From positions 607,666 through 671,665 of the forward strand of contig JAHDYR010000062.1 in assembly GCA_019828565.1 (NCBI GenBank): a DNA stretch of 64,000 bases, in the 5' to 3' direction. The position numbers were made by a program, and so were the translations under genes. The notes under the pieces are model-generated. The model worked only from the letters and a program-made list of their open reading frames with translations. It was not told the DNA's origin and did not search any database. This DNA comes from Carpediemonas membranifera BICM. Its lineage: Eukaryota; Protista; Fornicata. Shown in pieces: positions 10,601 to 22,200 of the stretch; the first letter of the stretch is position 1, and each line of letters opens with the position of its first letter.

Positions 10601-12234
10601 TGAAAGGATCGCCGACGGGTGTAGGGGTTACGGCGTTGACCTCAGCGTCGAGGTAGCGGTGTTGGGGGAGTCCGTCCGTCGCATCATCGGGACGTGTGTC
10701 CGGGACGAGGGGAATGTAGAGTCCGCGGTCAGAAAGGTACCCAAGCTTCCTGAGCGTGTCGCAGCCGATGAGGACACCTGTGTGACGGTCCATCAGGTAC
10801 AACACCAGGTCGTTGACGATAACCTTGCCAGATGTGCTGGGGAGTGTTACGCGGGCTTTGACGTAGTGAGTGATGAGAACCTCTTGTTGTGTGGCGGTAT
10901 GGACGGTAAATGGCTTCTCTGCGGCGTGCTCTTCCATTTTCAGGCGGTTTGCGATCGAACGTGAAACAATGGTGACCGCGGAGCCGCTATCGATGGTGAG
11001 TTGTTGCTCTTGCTCATTAATAGAGCCCGAAACCGTGAAAGCTGCGCCGTAATTGCAACTTTCGTTCTGAACCTCGTTGCAATCGACGTTGTTGACTTGG
11101 CGTGAGTTGTGAAGTTGAGAGCGATCGCGCAGGTGCATGTGGCCGGCGCGGCGCTCCCCTGAGGTGCCTGAGTGGGGCGTGGGTCTATTTTCGGCGTTGT
11201 TGGGGGTCGGCTTGGGCGGCGCCGTGGAGGCGCCGGATGAGTTTCCGCCAGCGGCTTGGGCGCCTGAACTGGCGGGGGCATGGGCTTGGGTGTTCCTTTG
11301 GCCTGCCCTGCCGGTGTTGTGGGCACGCTGGGGGCAGTCCGACTTCCAATGCCACTTGCCGCAGGAGCATGGGCCTGGGGGGCCTCTAGGCGGGCGAGTG
11401 GCGGGCGTCTTGGTGACGGGGGCGCTGACGGAGAGCGTTGAGAGATTCTCGATGATGTCTCCGTGCTCCTCCTTTGCGTCGATGGCGTCGATGAGCCTGG
11501 ATCGGGTCGTTGAGAGTAGCTTCTCGAACCCGTGGCGGCGGCCTTGCAGCTGCCAGTCGCGTTCGACGGCGGTGGACAGAGATCTAGGGCGAAGGGCCTT
11601 GAAGAAGAGCTTCATAATGATCTTATCAAGACCACGGTGGGCGCTCGGAGTCTGAGTGGGCGGCGGGTTCTTGCTTTCGGGTTCTGGGTTGTCCTGACGC
11701 TCATTCTGGCCTTGCAGTGTGGCATTAAGGGCCTGAATGTCGGGGTCACTCTCTGAATCGCTTTCTTCAGCGTCGTCGGTGTCAGAGAGGAGCTTCTGGG
11801 CATGGGAGCGCCATTCGCGGAACTCGGCGATGAGTTTGGAGACTCCTTCGAGGGTGGAGATTTTGGTATCCTGCTGAAGAGCCTCAATAGCGCGGATGGT
11901 GGCGGCTAATGTACGGGGGCGACAAACACGGTTGATGAGGTCCAAAAGTTCGTCGTCGGATGAAGTTTCCAGGTTCTCTACACCAGAGGTGAAACGGAGG
12001 TGTTCGATTTGGTTAAGAGTGAGGCACTGGAGAACTGTGGGGCTGTTTTGAGCCGTGGTGTAGTGGGTTTTGAAGAACCTGAATTGTCTGGTGAAGCTTT
12101 GGGCTTCTTGGAGAGTAAACTGATTCAGTCTAGGTTGCGGTTGGATCAACATTAGTTCAGCAGTGATCACTGTGCTGGGACGTTGAACGATTTACTTAAA
12201 CTGCGGGGAAGAAGAGGGAGTGGACCGCGTCACA
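7687..12234 (-). mobile_element. Ty3/gypsy chromodomain LTR retrotransposon, family B copy 1 (64-bp LTRs)
   Basis: 64-bp LTRs at 7687-7750 and 12171-12234. Gag knuckle CSCGKWHWKSDC, protease IDSGS, RT YIDD, RNase H TDAS/ADALSR, integrase HHCC + DDE, chromodomain YEVEDIKKHR...QWVGY. Confidence 0.95.
7712..12152 (-). CDS. Family B gag-pol (three reading segments; frameshifts near 9780 and 9145)
   Basis: ORFs 9690-12170, 9049-9768 and 7712-9196 carry consecutive domains. Both shifts lie in C/G homopolymer runs. The stop codon lies inside the 3' LTR. Confidence 0.85.
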
Positions 12235-15179
12235 CCCTCGCGGCTTATATCGTAGAGGACCTACCTGTCGCTGTGCTATACGGCACCGTTGCCCTCCGCG
12301 CAGTGGGTATGGACTTCCTCAAGAACAACCGGGCCAAGCCCGAGTCGACCCCATCCATGACGAAAGATCCTACGGACTTCCGCTCATTGTTCAACCTCTT
12401 CATCAGGTCACCCGGAGAGTCAACCCCGACACTCCCAACTATATACGATGAGAACCTCGGCTCGCTCGCCGAGCAGTTCCATGCGCTCGTGGTAGAGTAC
12501 GCCGACATCTTCGGCCCGTTCGACGAGCAAGGCTCCGATCTGCCACCCTTTGAGATACACCTCAAGCCCGACGTCCTCCCCTCCCAGGTTCTACGCCCGA
12601 TCAGAAATAAGGCGCAGAAGGACGCCATGCGGCTCTTCATTGATGACATGCTGGCCAAGAACATCATCTCGGCAACGACCGACACCCTCGACTGGCTGTC
12701 GCCCGTATTTATGGTGGACAAGCCGTCCGCTACACCCCCGTTCCGGCCCGTGTTAGATTACCGAGCCCTCAATGACGCTACGCGCCCTGAGATTTACACC
12801 ATGCCCACAGCAGATGAACTGTTCGAGCAATGCAGAGGTGCCGAGGTTTTTGCCTCATTCGACCTCACCGCTGGCTTTCACCAGCTCGTTATGGACCCAG
12901 ACTCAGCCAAACTGACAGGCTTCGAGTTCGACGACGTCCGTTATATCTTTAACAGGCTTCCGTTCGGTGTCACCAACGGCCCCATGGCGTTCCAGAAACG
13001 CATTGACGACCTACGCCGCCAGTATAAGCTCCCATGCCTGGCGTTTGTAGACGATATACTGTGCTTCGCTGGCTCTGTCCAGCAGCTCCTCGATGTCCTC
13101 CGCGAGCTATTCCCTGTCCTCCAGCAGCACCGCATACGCCTCTCTGGTCGGAAATCGCACATCGGACTGAAGGAGATCGTCTATCTGGGTTGCCTCGTCA
13201 GCGGCACCGGTGTCCGCATCGACCCTGCCCGCGTCGAGAGCATACATAAGCTCAGCACCCCTCGCACTGCCAAGATGGCCCATCACATTGTCGGCATCTT
13301 CGGCTTTGTGAGGAGGCACATCCCAGATTTCATCCGCCTCGCCGCACCGCTCGAAGCACTGAAGAACGGTGAGACCGTCGAGCCGGAGCAGCTCGAGTGG
13401 GCTATGACCAGCCTCAAGCAAGCTGTCGCCAGACAGATCGAGCTGACGCACTTCGACCCCAACAGCCGCGTGGACCTCTATACTGACGCCTCAACCACCG
13501 GCATTGGCGCAGTGCTTATGCAGGGCGACCGCCCTCTCGCGTTCTACTCCAGGCGCTTCGACAAGCAACAACAGGTCTGGAAGATCGTCGAACAGGAGAT
13601 GTTTGCGGTATACTCTGCCCTTGAGCGCTTCCGCTCACTACTGATCGGGACCGAGACGATACTGCACACCGACAACAGCTGCCTCGTACAGATGGTTAGC
13701 TCGGATACGCCCAAGGTGATACGCTGGGCTCTTGAGATCGCACGGTTCCCGGTCACCGAGACCGTCCACGTACCGGGCGACATGAACACCGCCGCTGACG
13801 GGCTGAGCCGCCTGCCGTTCGTAATGTCCGTCATCGCCACATCGGGTCTCACTGACACGCAGAAGCGCGAGCGCTTCCTCATGGTGCACCATCGACACCA
13901 CGCCGGACTCGAGACCACCCTCGCCCTCCTCGAGAAGGCAGGTCTCCTCTGGGCAAGCGCCAGGACCGATGTCGACAAGATGATCAAGAGGTGTGTGACC
14001 TGCCAACGAGACCGAGCGACGCCGAACGTGGCTTACAACCCGGGCCATCTCCCGCCTGCCCGTCCACTCGCCACCTTATACATCGACACAGTGGGACCGA
14101 TCGACCGACCGGACAACGGTTATCGGTACATCATGACGTGCATTGATAGCGCGACTCATCTGACTCACCTGATCCCACTCAAGACTTTAGATGCGCGGTC
14201 CACCATCCGAGCAATTCGCTCGCAGATCATCGCACGATGGGCCTGCCCAGATACCATTGTTACCGACAGTGGAACACAATTCTGCAACGCGGAGTTCGAC
14301 CATTTCTGCGCAACATTCGGGATCATACACCATAACACGACGCCCGAGCGCCACGAGGGTAATGCACTCGTTGAGCGAACGAACAGAGAGGTGAATAAGC
14401 ACCTCCGCATCTCACTATCCTCTTTGCCTGACTGCTCCCGCGCAGGCTGGCGTTCAGCTATGATACAGGCTGAAATCAACATTAACGCCACGCCATCCAG
14501 AGTTTTAGGCGGTGCAACGCCTCGTGAAGCTGCACTCGCTGCTGCACTCGCCTACCACCAAGTTAAGAATGCCGAGCCTTCGACTCGCACTGCCATAACC
14601 GATGAAACCATGAAGAACGCTGCGGAAGTACTCGGTAAGCTCCAGGAGTTCCAACTCCGTCAGAAGGGGGTGAAAGACCAGTACTATCCCTCCGCTCGCT
14701 TCACCAGCCTGCCTCTGGGGAGCTGGGTGCTCGTCAAGCGCGACAAGCCCATCTCCAGACTGCAGTACACTATGAGAGGCCCTTACTACGTTCAAGGCAA
14801 CGGTGAGGAGCCCGATTCCTATGTCCTCGTCAATCCTGTCACCAGGAAGACCATTATCCGTTTCGCCGACCGCTTGGCCAAGCTGCCCAACACGGGCCCG
14901 ACGCTGACGATGGCCGAGGCGGCCAGAGCGTTCACCGCTGACAGCAACTGGAAGGTTGTCGACCATGTGGTCCAGTACAGACTGGATTCTCAGACCAACG
15001 AGCCTATCGTTACGGTGAACTGGCTTGGCTTCGAGCACGATGAAGACTCAGAGCTCGCCTTCTCCGACTGTATGACACTTGATGCCCTGCTTAAGTATCG
15101 AGACCAGCATCCTCAATTCGATCGCGCCTGTAAGCGATTCGAAGCTACCACGCGCAACCATCCGCGCCCCCGCCGCTAA
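12235..15179 (+). CDS. Family A pol (protease C-half, RT, RNase H, integrase, chromodomain)
   Basis: RPVLDYRALN, FDLTAGFHQ, LPFG, FVDD, TDAS, ADGLSR, HH..CVTC, IDTVGP, TDSGTQF, ERTNR; chromo-like VDHVVQYR...VNWLGF. Confidence 0.92.
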
Positions 15180-15203
15180 TGATGTGCCGGCTCTAGGGGG
15201 GAA

Positions 15204-15253
15204 TGTAGCACGACATAAACTGCATCCTGTCTTTTAGTTCACACAGTGCCACA
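15204..15253 (+). repeat. 3' LTR, family A (50 bp)
   Basis: Identical to 5956-6005; preceded by the PPT and followed by TSD AATTT. Confidence 0.95.
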
Positions 15254-15394
15254 AATTTGCGGCCGGTTAGCCTGCTCGAAGCTTGTCAGCTTAATGCTGC
15301 AGACAATGGATACCGCCTGACCATCATTGAGCGGCGTGCATTGGCAATGACACCAAAAAAAGAACAAGAACACGTGTACCGAGCGCTTTACCGG

Positions 15395-17596
15395 TCACCG
15401 AGACCCATCCTTTTCCCTGACAAAGTCATCAGCGGCCAACCGATCAACTGCCGTCATCTCTATGGTGATCTTGCTGCTTGCTGGGGCCATGCGGTCAGTC
15501 TCTTTCTGAACCTCCTCATCAACCCCCGCAGTGTACAGGTCAGGCTGAGTCTGGTCAGCCTCGTCGCCCCACTCGAGGGTCTGGACGTCTCTCTTGGTCT
15601 GAACAGCGTCTCTGATGGTCGCCTCGGTGCCGTAGTCGCCCTCATACTCGAACCAGTCGTCCCAGAAGCCCGTGGGATCTTCTGAGGGGTTGACGTGCTT
15701 TGAAACAGCCAACAGCACAGTCCTGCCGCCATTGGAATCTCCTCTGGCGGCGAGAAGGTGCGCCAGTGCCAGGGCAAGTCGGGGCAGATCCTTCCTTGGC
15801 GTGTTAGACCTGTTGACGGCGGCCAAGAGCACCTCGCAGGACTGGACCGCGTCCGTCCACAGCAACATAGCACCGGCCAGCAGGGCAACGTCGGCGATCA
15901 GGGGAGCTGGCGTCTTGCGTCCAATAGCGGCCATGGCCTCTCCAGCCCGCCGTCTAAGCCCATGCCGCTTCTCGAACTCCGCTGCCATAAAGTGCACGAT
16001 AGGAGCGTGTTTGGGTGGTGCTGTGGACGCCGCTTGGTCCAGCACCATCCGGACCCGCTCGTGGTCGAAAGACGGGCACCGCGACAGGGCTTGCACATAA
16101 GCTTTGATCACATCATTCTTGGCGGGGTACTGCACCGCGGCCACAGCCCTGCTCCAGATCTTGAAAACACGGCCCCAGTCGGCCTGCTCCTCCTCAAAGC
16201 GGGCGTACGAGAAGAAGGTCAGGGGTGCTGGCTCCGCTTCCATGGCAGCCTCGAACGCCGCTCTGACGTCACTGGCAGCCCGCCTATCGTCTATGAAGAG
16301 GGTGTACGTCAAGTCGCAGTGCAGCGCGTGCAGCCTGCCGTCGGCGACCAGGCGGGGAGCAAGGTCCAGCAAGGCCCTCTCTGGATCCACCCCAGACAGG
16401 AGCTGAAGCTCAGCACGGGCAGCGACGAGGGCGACGTAGTCCTCGGTCTGAAGTCCCCCGCGGTCAAGGCCAAACTGCATCAGCTCAAGCGACTCCTCGC
16501 GAGTCATGATTCGTGTTGCTTCCTTGAATAGCTGAACAACGCCTGCGGTATTAGGGTCAACAACCTCTATGGCGTCCTTGATGCACTGGGCTGGATCGGG
16601 CGAGACCTGGACCTTCCCGACCCAGAGGGCGACGCTGTTGGGGTTTTGGTTCAGTCGAACGGCGTACAACATGGCGGGCGCCTGCTCAATGACCTGCTGC
16701 AGTACTCTGAGACCATATTCGTCGATAATCGATGGGTCATGGGCTTCTGCCTCGGTTTGGAGTCGTGTAAGCTCCATATCTCCGAAATAGTCGAATATCG
16801 TGGCAAAATCTGAGACTGTCGACACGGTTTTGAATGCATCGAGACACACCTCGCGCGCCCGGGCGAAGCTTCCCGAATTCTTGTGATACTGGGCCAGGGA
16901 CACAACAATTGGCCCCGCCCCGGTCGGGAACCGACGGATCACATCAGCAGCAAACCCATCGACGTCCAAATCTCCTGCAGCATCCGGGTGAGCGGCTACT
17001 GTCTCCATGATCTCCGTGATAAAGTCAAATCGAGTCCGGCCAGACTCCGGTCGGAATTCAGGGTCCTCCAGGGCTGTATGGATGGCAGAAACAGCCTCTG
17101 GCCAGTGCTCTGCCCTCAATAGATACTGAATGAGGTGTTCGCGGTGTCCTGGGTCGAATAGGAGGTGTCTGTTGAGGACAGAGAGGGCCGTGCGGCCGGG
17201 CACGAATGACTGTGTGGCAAAGGCGATATACAACGGCCAGATACGGTAGTGAAGCGTCAGCGGGAGCTGCTTCAGAGCTTTGTCGAAGGTCTTTCGGGTC
17301 TTAGAGACCCTCATTTGCGATGTGAGGTATTCGAGGTAATCCTCCCAAAGCCTCGGCATCGTCTTCAGCGGAATCAAGGCTCGTTCATATACTACACACA
17401 TTTCAATAACCGCTCGTTCCCGTTGCTCTGGCTCTACAGAGTCTGTATATGCCCTTCTCTCATGAATATATGCGTACCACATCTTGTAGGAACGTGGAAT
17501 GTGCAAAACAGCCTCTTCGTAGATAGAAAACCGATCACTCGATAGTGCATCACGTGCAAGGCTCAATTCGCTCGTCCAATGCTCGAGTGTGTCCAT
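15395..17596 (-). CDS. SYF1: Pre-mRNA splicing factor Syf1/XAB2 (HAT/TPR repeats)
   Basis: YEEAVLHIPRSYKMWYAY, YERALIPLKTMPRLWEDY, TRKTFDKALKQLPLTLHYRIWPLY, LNQNPNSVALW and FWDDWFEYEGDYGTEAT match Syf1 signatures. Confidence 0.9.
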   Translation of the reverse strand: MDTLEHWTSELSLARDALSSDRFSIYEEAVLHIPRSYKMWYAYIHERRAYTDSVEPEQRERAVIEMCVVYERALIPLKTMPRLWEDYLEYLTSQMRVSKTRKTFDKALKQLPLTLHYRIWPLYIAFATQSFVPGRTALSVLNRHLLFDPGHREHLIQYLLRAEHWPEAVSAIHTALEDPEFRPESGRTRFDFITEIMETVAAHPDAAGDLDVDGFAADVIRRFPTGAGPIVVSLAQYHKNSGSFARAREVCLDAFKTVSTVSDFATIFDYFGDMELTRLQTEAEAHDPSIIDEYGLRVLQQVIEQAPAMLYAVRLNQNPNSVALWVGKVQVSPDPAQCIKDAIEVVDPNTAGVVQLFKEATRIMTREESLELMQFGLDRGGLQTEDYVALVAARAELQLLSGVDPERALLDLAPRLVADGRLHALHCDLTYTLFIDDRRAASDVRAAFEAAMEAEPAPLTFFSYARFEEEQADWGRVFKIWSRAVAAVQYPAKNDVIKAYVQALSRCPSFDHERVRMVLDQAASTAPPKHAPIVHFMAAEFEKRHGLRRRAGEAMAAIGRKTPAPLIADVALLAGAMLLWTDAVQSCEVLLAAVNRSNTPRKDLPRLALALAHLLAARGDSNGGRTVLLAVSKHVNPSEDPTGFWDDWFEYEGDYGTEATIRDAVQTKRDVQTLEWGDEADQTQPDLYTAGVDEEVQKETDRMAPASSKITIEMTAVDRLAADDFVREKDGSR

Positions 17597-17671
17597 CAAT
17601 TCTTCCCATGCTCACCATACATGAAATGTAAAGGCCTCAAACAGTCGTCTCTCTACAACAACGCTATTTAC

Positions 17672-18562
17672 TCAACGGCGGCGGGTCTCACGCTGGCGAG
17701 GCTCAACAATAACAACCTTCTTCGTCCCCTCGATGCGGTGCTCACCGCACATGTGGTGGGCCTCCTCAACGGTGGCGAAACTAGCGAAGGCTGTGTTGCC
17801 ATTGACCTTGGTCAGCTCAAATGCCTCATGTGTGTTGTTGATCTTCTTGAATTCGGTCTCGAGGTCAACAACCTCTCCGGGGCCGGCAAGGCGGACAAAT
17901 ACCTGCCGGGCAAATGTCTCGTCGTCAATGGCGCCACGGAAAACTGAACGAGGTTTTCCACGGACACCAGCAACCTTGCGCTCAGGCTTTCTTTCAGTGG
18001 GCTTGGGAGTATCCTCTTTCTTCTCGCGCTTAGGCTCTCTCTTCTGCTCCTTCCTCTCAGCCTTAGGCTCCGCCTTCACGGCTTCAGCAGCAGTGACGGG
18101 CTCCTTAACCTCAGCGGGCTCAGCAACGGGCTGTGAGGCGGGAGGGGCGATGGGGTGAACCATGAGGCGGCGCACGTGGTGCTTGATCCAGTAAACCTGG
18201 CCATCATTATGGAGAACAAAGAACTCACTGAAAGGAATGGGAGGAGCAACCTCATCGGCAGGGACAGTGTAGTGGCCAGTGATCATGAGGGTGACGATGG
18301 AATTGTCGGGGGCATTAGAATATGCGTCAATGGTCATAAGAACAGCCGCGCAGGATGAAGGGAAGCGGTAATCACGAGCATTACACACTTCAGACTGGTC
18401 ACAGCCCTGAACAACGATTGCGGGCTCGGCGGAAAGCTCGCCAACAATAATGGTTGATTGAGGGCGGTAGAAGCGGAAGCAATCATCTCTCCGTTCATTC
18501 ACATACGCATAGTACCAGTACGAGAATGCACGTCCAATATCATACGGGCTAACTGAAGCCAT
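17672..18562 (-). CDS. NTF2-domain + RRM protein (G3BP/Bre5/Rasputin-like)
   Basis: N-terminal IGRAFSYWYY..RFY..FSEFFVL..YWIKHHVRR (NTF2-like), charged linker, RRM (RQVFVR, TAFASFATVEEA, VIVEPR). Confidence 0.75.
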   Translation of the reverse strand: MASVSPYDIGRAFSYWYYAYVNERRDDCFRFYRPQSTIIVGELSAEPAIVVQGCDQSEVCNARDYRFPSSCAAVLMTIDAYSNAPDNSIVTLMITGHYTVPADEVAPPIPFSEFFVLHNDGQVYWIKHHVRRLMVHPIAPPASQPVAEPAEVKEPVTAAEAVKAEPKAERKEQKREPKREKKEDTPKPTERKPERKVAGVRGKPRSVFRGAIDDETFARQVFVRLAGPGEVVDLETEFKKINNTHEAFELTKVNGNTAFASFATVEEAHHMCGEHRIEGTKKVVIVEPRQRETRRR

Positions 18563-19242
18563 TGTACGTCAATTCGTTGCGTCCTCTGCTGCACTTTTTT
18601 CTGCAAAATGATGTTGAAAAAAATGTGGGAACGAATCACGGTCGAAGATTGAGCGAGCAATGATTTCCGACGCGGGATAGCTTCAGTAGACCTACTTCCT
18701 GACACGCAAAAATGAAAATGGATCACATATCAGAATGGGTGGAGATGCTCACACTCACCCCCAATAACTGGCTGGCAGTGGCGGCAGTGAGTGGAACACT
18801 CTTCATCTTCGACCTCAAGACTGGAACTCCGACGCTGCTCCACCGCACAGGCCGGCCAATCCGCTCGCCAGCAACTCGTTTGAAGGCTTTTCCGGACTCT
18901 CTCGACCCCACCGCTTTGACGACATCTCGCTGTCGTTCCTAGTTCGTTCCCAGAAGAAGGGTCTGATGTTGGCCCTCGCTCCTGTTCGAGTCCGGTGATG
19001 ACTGAGACACGCCATCATGACTCTCAGACTCGGGCCGAAGAGGTCCTCAACGTTACTGAGCGAGGTGCTCCACGCTTTTGAAAGATCACACTGACATTCT
19101 CAAGTCTTTCTGCTGGCTGAGACGTCGTTGAACATTTGCGCATATGGAATTCTATCCGCATTTCTCATGAATTCCATTTACCCAAGCATGGACTTTGAGC
19201 CCTCTCCTGTCGCCAAATCCGGATTTACGTGATACATACCCA

Positions 19243-22200
19243 TCAGTCCGCATGCACGTATATACTGTTCTCCTCGAAGTACGCGTCGCTTATCAGGTCC
19301 ACAAACTCGTTTCTGGCGTCCTCCGTCACATGGTCGCTGTATCTCGGGATGACTGCGCGACCGTCGACAAAACTACTCATATCAAGAACACAACCGCCGA
19401 CCAGACGCTCTGTGCCCTCCTCAGGCTCGCACAGGCCCTCGAACTCATCGCTCGGAACGGGGTCGGCTCTGTATCTGATTACGATGACGCGCTGGGACCG
19501 CTGAATCTCACCCGGCATGACAATAGTGTCGCTGTGACCGTCATTAGCCACAGCAACGCTGACCTCGCAGTCAGGGTCACCCTGGGGTTGAGTGAATTTG
19601 ATGTAATCAACTTCCTCCTCCTCCCCATCGCCAACGTCGAGCTGCGTCTCGGCCGACCCCTGGGTGAGTTGCTGCAGGAATCGCGAGACCGTTGTTGCCG
19701 GGTTGTACATGATCTTACCGATGGCCTCGAGCTGCTCGGAGGACGCCGACGGGCCTGGGCGGGGTACTGAGGCGAAGATCAGGGCAAGCAGGGCGTGGGC
19801 GGCGCGGTAGGCGAGGGGAATCGCCGTTGTCGCTGCAGCATGCAGGGCGGGGGAGAGGGGGGCGAGGCCTCCGTTCGCCACGGCAGCAAGGAGGTAGAAC
19901 AGGCCGGGCTGAGTACCGCTGTCCTCCGCCGCAGCCCAACCCGCGCCCACAGCTCGGGCCACAAGGTCCGTCTGGTCGAGCGGGACTGACAGGGCAAGGC
20001 CGCCGTCCTCGAGGGCACTCGCAATGACGGCGCAGATGGTGGCGGCACCGATTTGGACACCGCCGCCCATAGCATCTGAGACAAAGTGGTAGAGCCGGAT
20101 GACAACCCGGAGTGGAAGGTCCCATTTCGTCGCGAGAGACCCGACTGGAGACAGACCTAAAACTGCACGTTCATTGACCGAGTCAAGATGAAGCATGCAG
20201 GGCACGGTGTCGAGCCCGAGGTGGCCGTATTTCGGCGTCTTGAGGGACCGCATCGTGTTGACGAGGGCGGCGGTGAGGATACCGCGGACTGCGTTGGAGT
20301 TGTCTCTGTTGGTGCGAGTCACCCCAATATGGTAGAATGTTGGGTTCTCTTGGAGTCTGTCGCGGAGGTAGGAGCGGGCGACAACGTGCTCGACGAAGCT
20401 GGCGGTGATGCGGTCGAGAGCCTTGTCTTCGTCGCGCTGGGCATCTTGGCCTGATGATTGGATAGATTCGATCAGATCTCTGGATATGGAAGCGCTTAGG
20501 ACACCAAAGTATACCCAGCGTGGGATTAGATCTTGCATATCTGGGATATTCGGATCGAATCTCGACTCAGTCAAAGACTTCCGTTCCCGCACGAATGCGT
20601 CATGATACGCATGCCTCGCCGTAACAGTGACAACGAGCGCCTGCCCAGCCCCGCACACAAGTCTGCTCAGCACGTCAGGCCCGACTGGGGGCTCGGCGTC
20701 CTCGATGTCGACGACCACAGTCATGGCCGGGTCTACCGCAGTGGGGTGGGCGGTGATTGGGATGAACTCGGCCATGTCCAGGAGGTCGGGCCTCATTGCC
20801 GAGAGATTACGGCGGATGAGCCGCTCGACTCTGGGAGAAGTCACGCAGATTACGACTCCGCCTGACTCCGGGGTCGACTTGGCGATGAGTCTGCATGCGA
20901 GTGCGGCCCTTGTGCCGAGGTATGGGGCGCTAACCGGGGTCACTCTGACCTCCCCGACGTTTGCCTTCTCAGGCTGGGTGTGGAACGGGATGATGGTGTC
21001 AGATCCCCACTCCTTCATCACCCAAGTTGCCAGGTACGGCGTCGTGGCGTTCGCCATGGCCGTAGCGACTATCCTGGGTCCGTTGTCCGTGTCGTGGTTA
21101 GCTACATATGCCTTGAGCCTGATGATGAGGTCCTCGTACGCTGCTGAGAGCTGGTCGAGGTCTGCGAGCAGGAACAGTGCGGAGTGGGTCAGATCGAGTT
21201 GGGGGTACCCGGTCCTGAATTTGATAGGGTCGACCGTGGCATGGCCCACGGCCTGGGGGGTGCCCACGGCGATGACGGGGAGCGGCGAGATCCGAGTGAG
21301 GTGGACGTCAAGTTCTGGATCACCGGAAAGAGTCACGACTGTGAACTTGCCGGAACAGACGATAGAGAGTGCTGCTGCGTGAACGCGGGCACTTGTCAAG
21401 TTCCCGGCGGTCACGATTGCCCTAACATGACCAGGCATAGCCGAGATTGCGTCGTCGACATCAACAGAGCGCATAAGGCCGCAGACCGCGAGACACGCCG
21501 CTTGGACCGCCCCGCGGGGCCTACATGCGATAAACACACTACTCTCCGGCGCCTTCAAGTCAGCCAGAGTCGATGTTACAACAGGCGAGTCGGCCTTGCC
21601 CACCAATAGCGCAGGTACAGCAGCAGTGACCTCGGGTTCGAGCGGGGAGTAGAGAGCAGAGTTTTCTCGGATGTCAACGCCTGGTGGGACGAGGGCTTGC
21701 AGGACGGACCTGTACTGTGGCTTGGGGGCGACAGCGAGGGGGGTGGCGGCCGAGTCGATGCGGGGGGCAACGGCGTCGCGGCATGACAAAATGGTCGAAG
21801 TGTCACAATAGGGCCAGCGTTCGGGCAGGATACAAACTGACACAGACCTCTCTGGATTGTGACGGACGGTGACAGACAGTTCAGCCTCCTCCTGGCCGGA
21901 TGGAATCACAACAGAGGTGGAGCCGAGGATCGTGCGGCCGTCAGCAGTGTTGATGAGGACGGTAAAGACGATACCGTTGCCATGAATGGCAGAATCCCAC
22001 TCAAAGATCTCGGGGAGGCAGATATAACCGGATATGCGAATAATCGAATCGGAAATTGTATACACCACTGAATCAACAATAGTGGGCACAGGCAGCCGTC
22101 TTAGGGCCACCCCGATATCCGGACTCACCCCGCGTGCTGTCAGTTGGTCAACGTGGGCCCTAAACCCGTCCTCTCCGGCCACCGCAGCGGTCGCCCAGTC

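Larger units (their letters stand above)
5956..15253 (+). mobile_element. Ty3/gypsy chromodomain LTR retrotransposon, family A (50-bp LTRs), interrupted by a family B copy
   Basis: Identical 50-bp TGT..ACA LTRs at 5956-6005 and 15204-15253; 5-bp TSD AATTT (5951-5955, 15254-15258); PPT AGGGGGGAA at 15195-15203; order gag-PR-RT-RH-IN-chromo. Confidence 0.95.

Noticed and set aside
17582-17618. Alternative SYF1 start: ATG followed by a 34-nt GTGAGC..GAG intron
   Set aside because: In frame, but the acceptor is GAG rather than YAG and an in-frame ATG at 17596 suffices.
18712-19080. Small ORF with one WD40-like stretch (LAVAAVSGTLFIFDL)
   Set aside because: Only 76 aa and no convincing splice model; cannot be supported as a gene.
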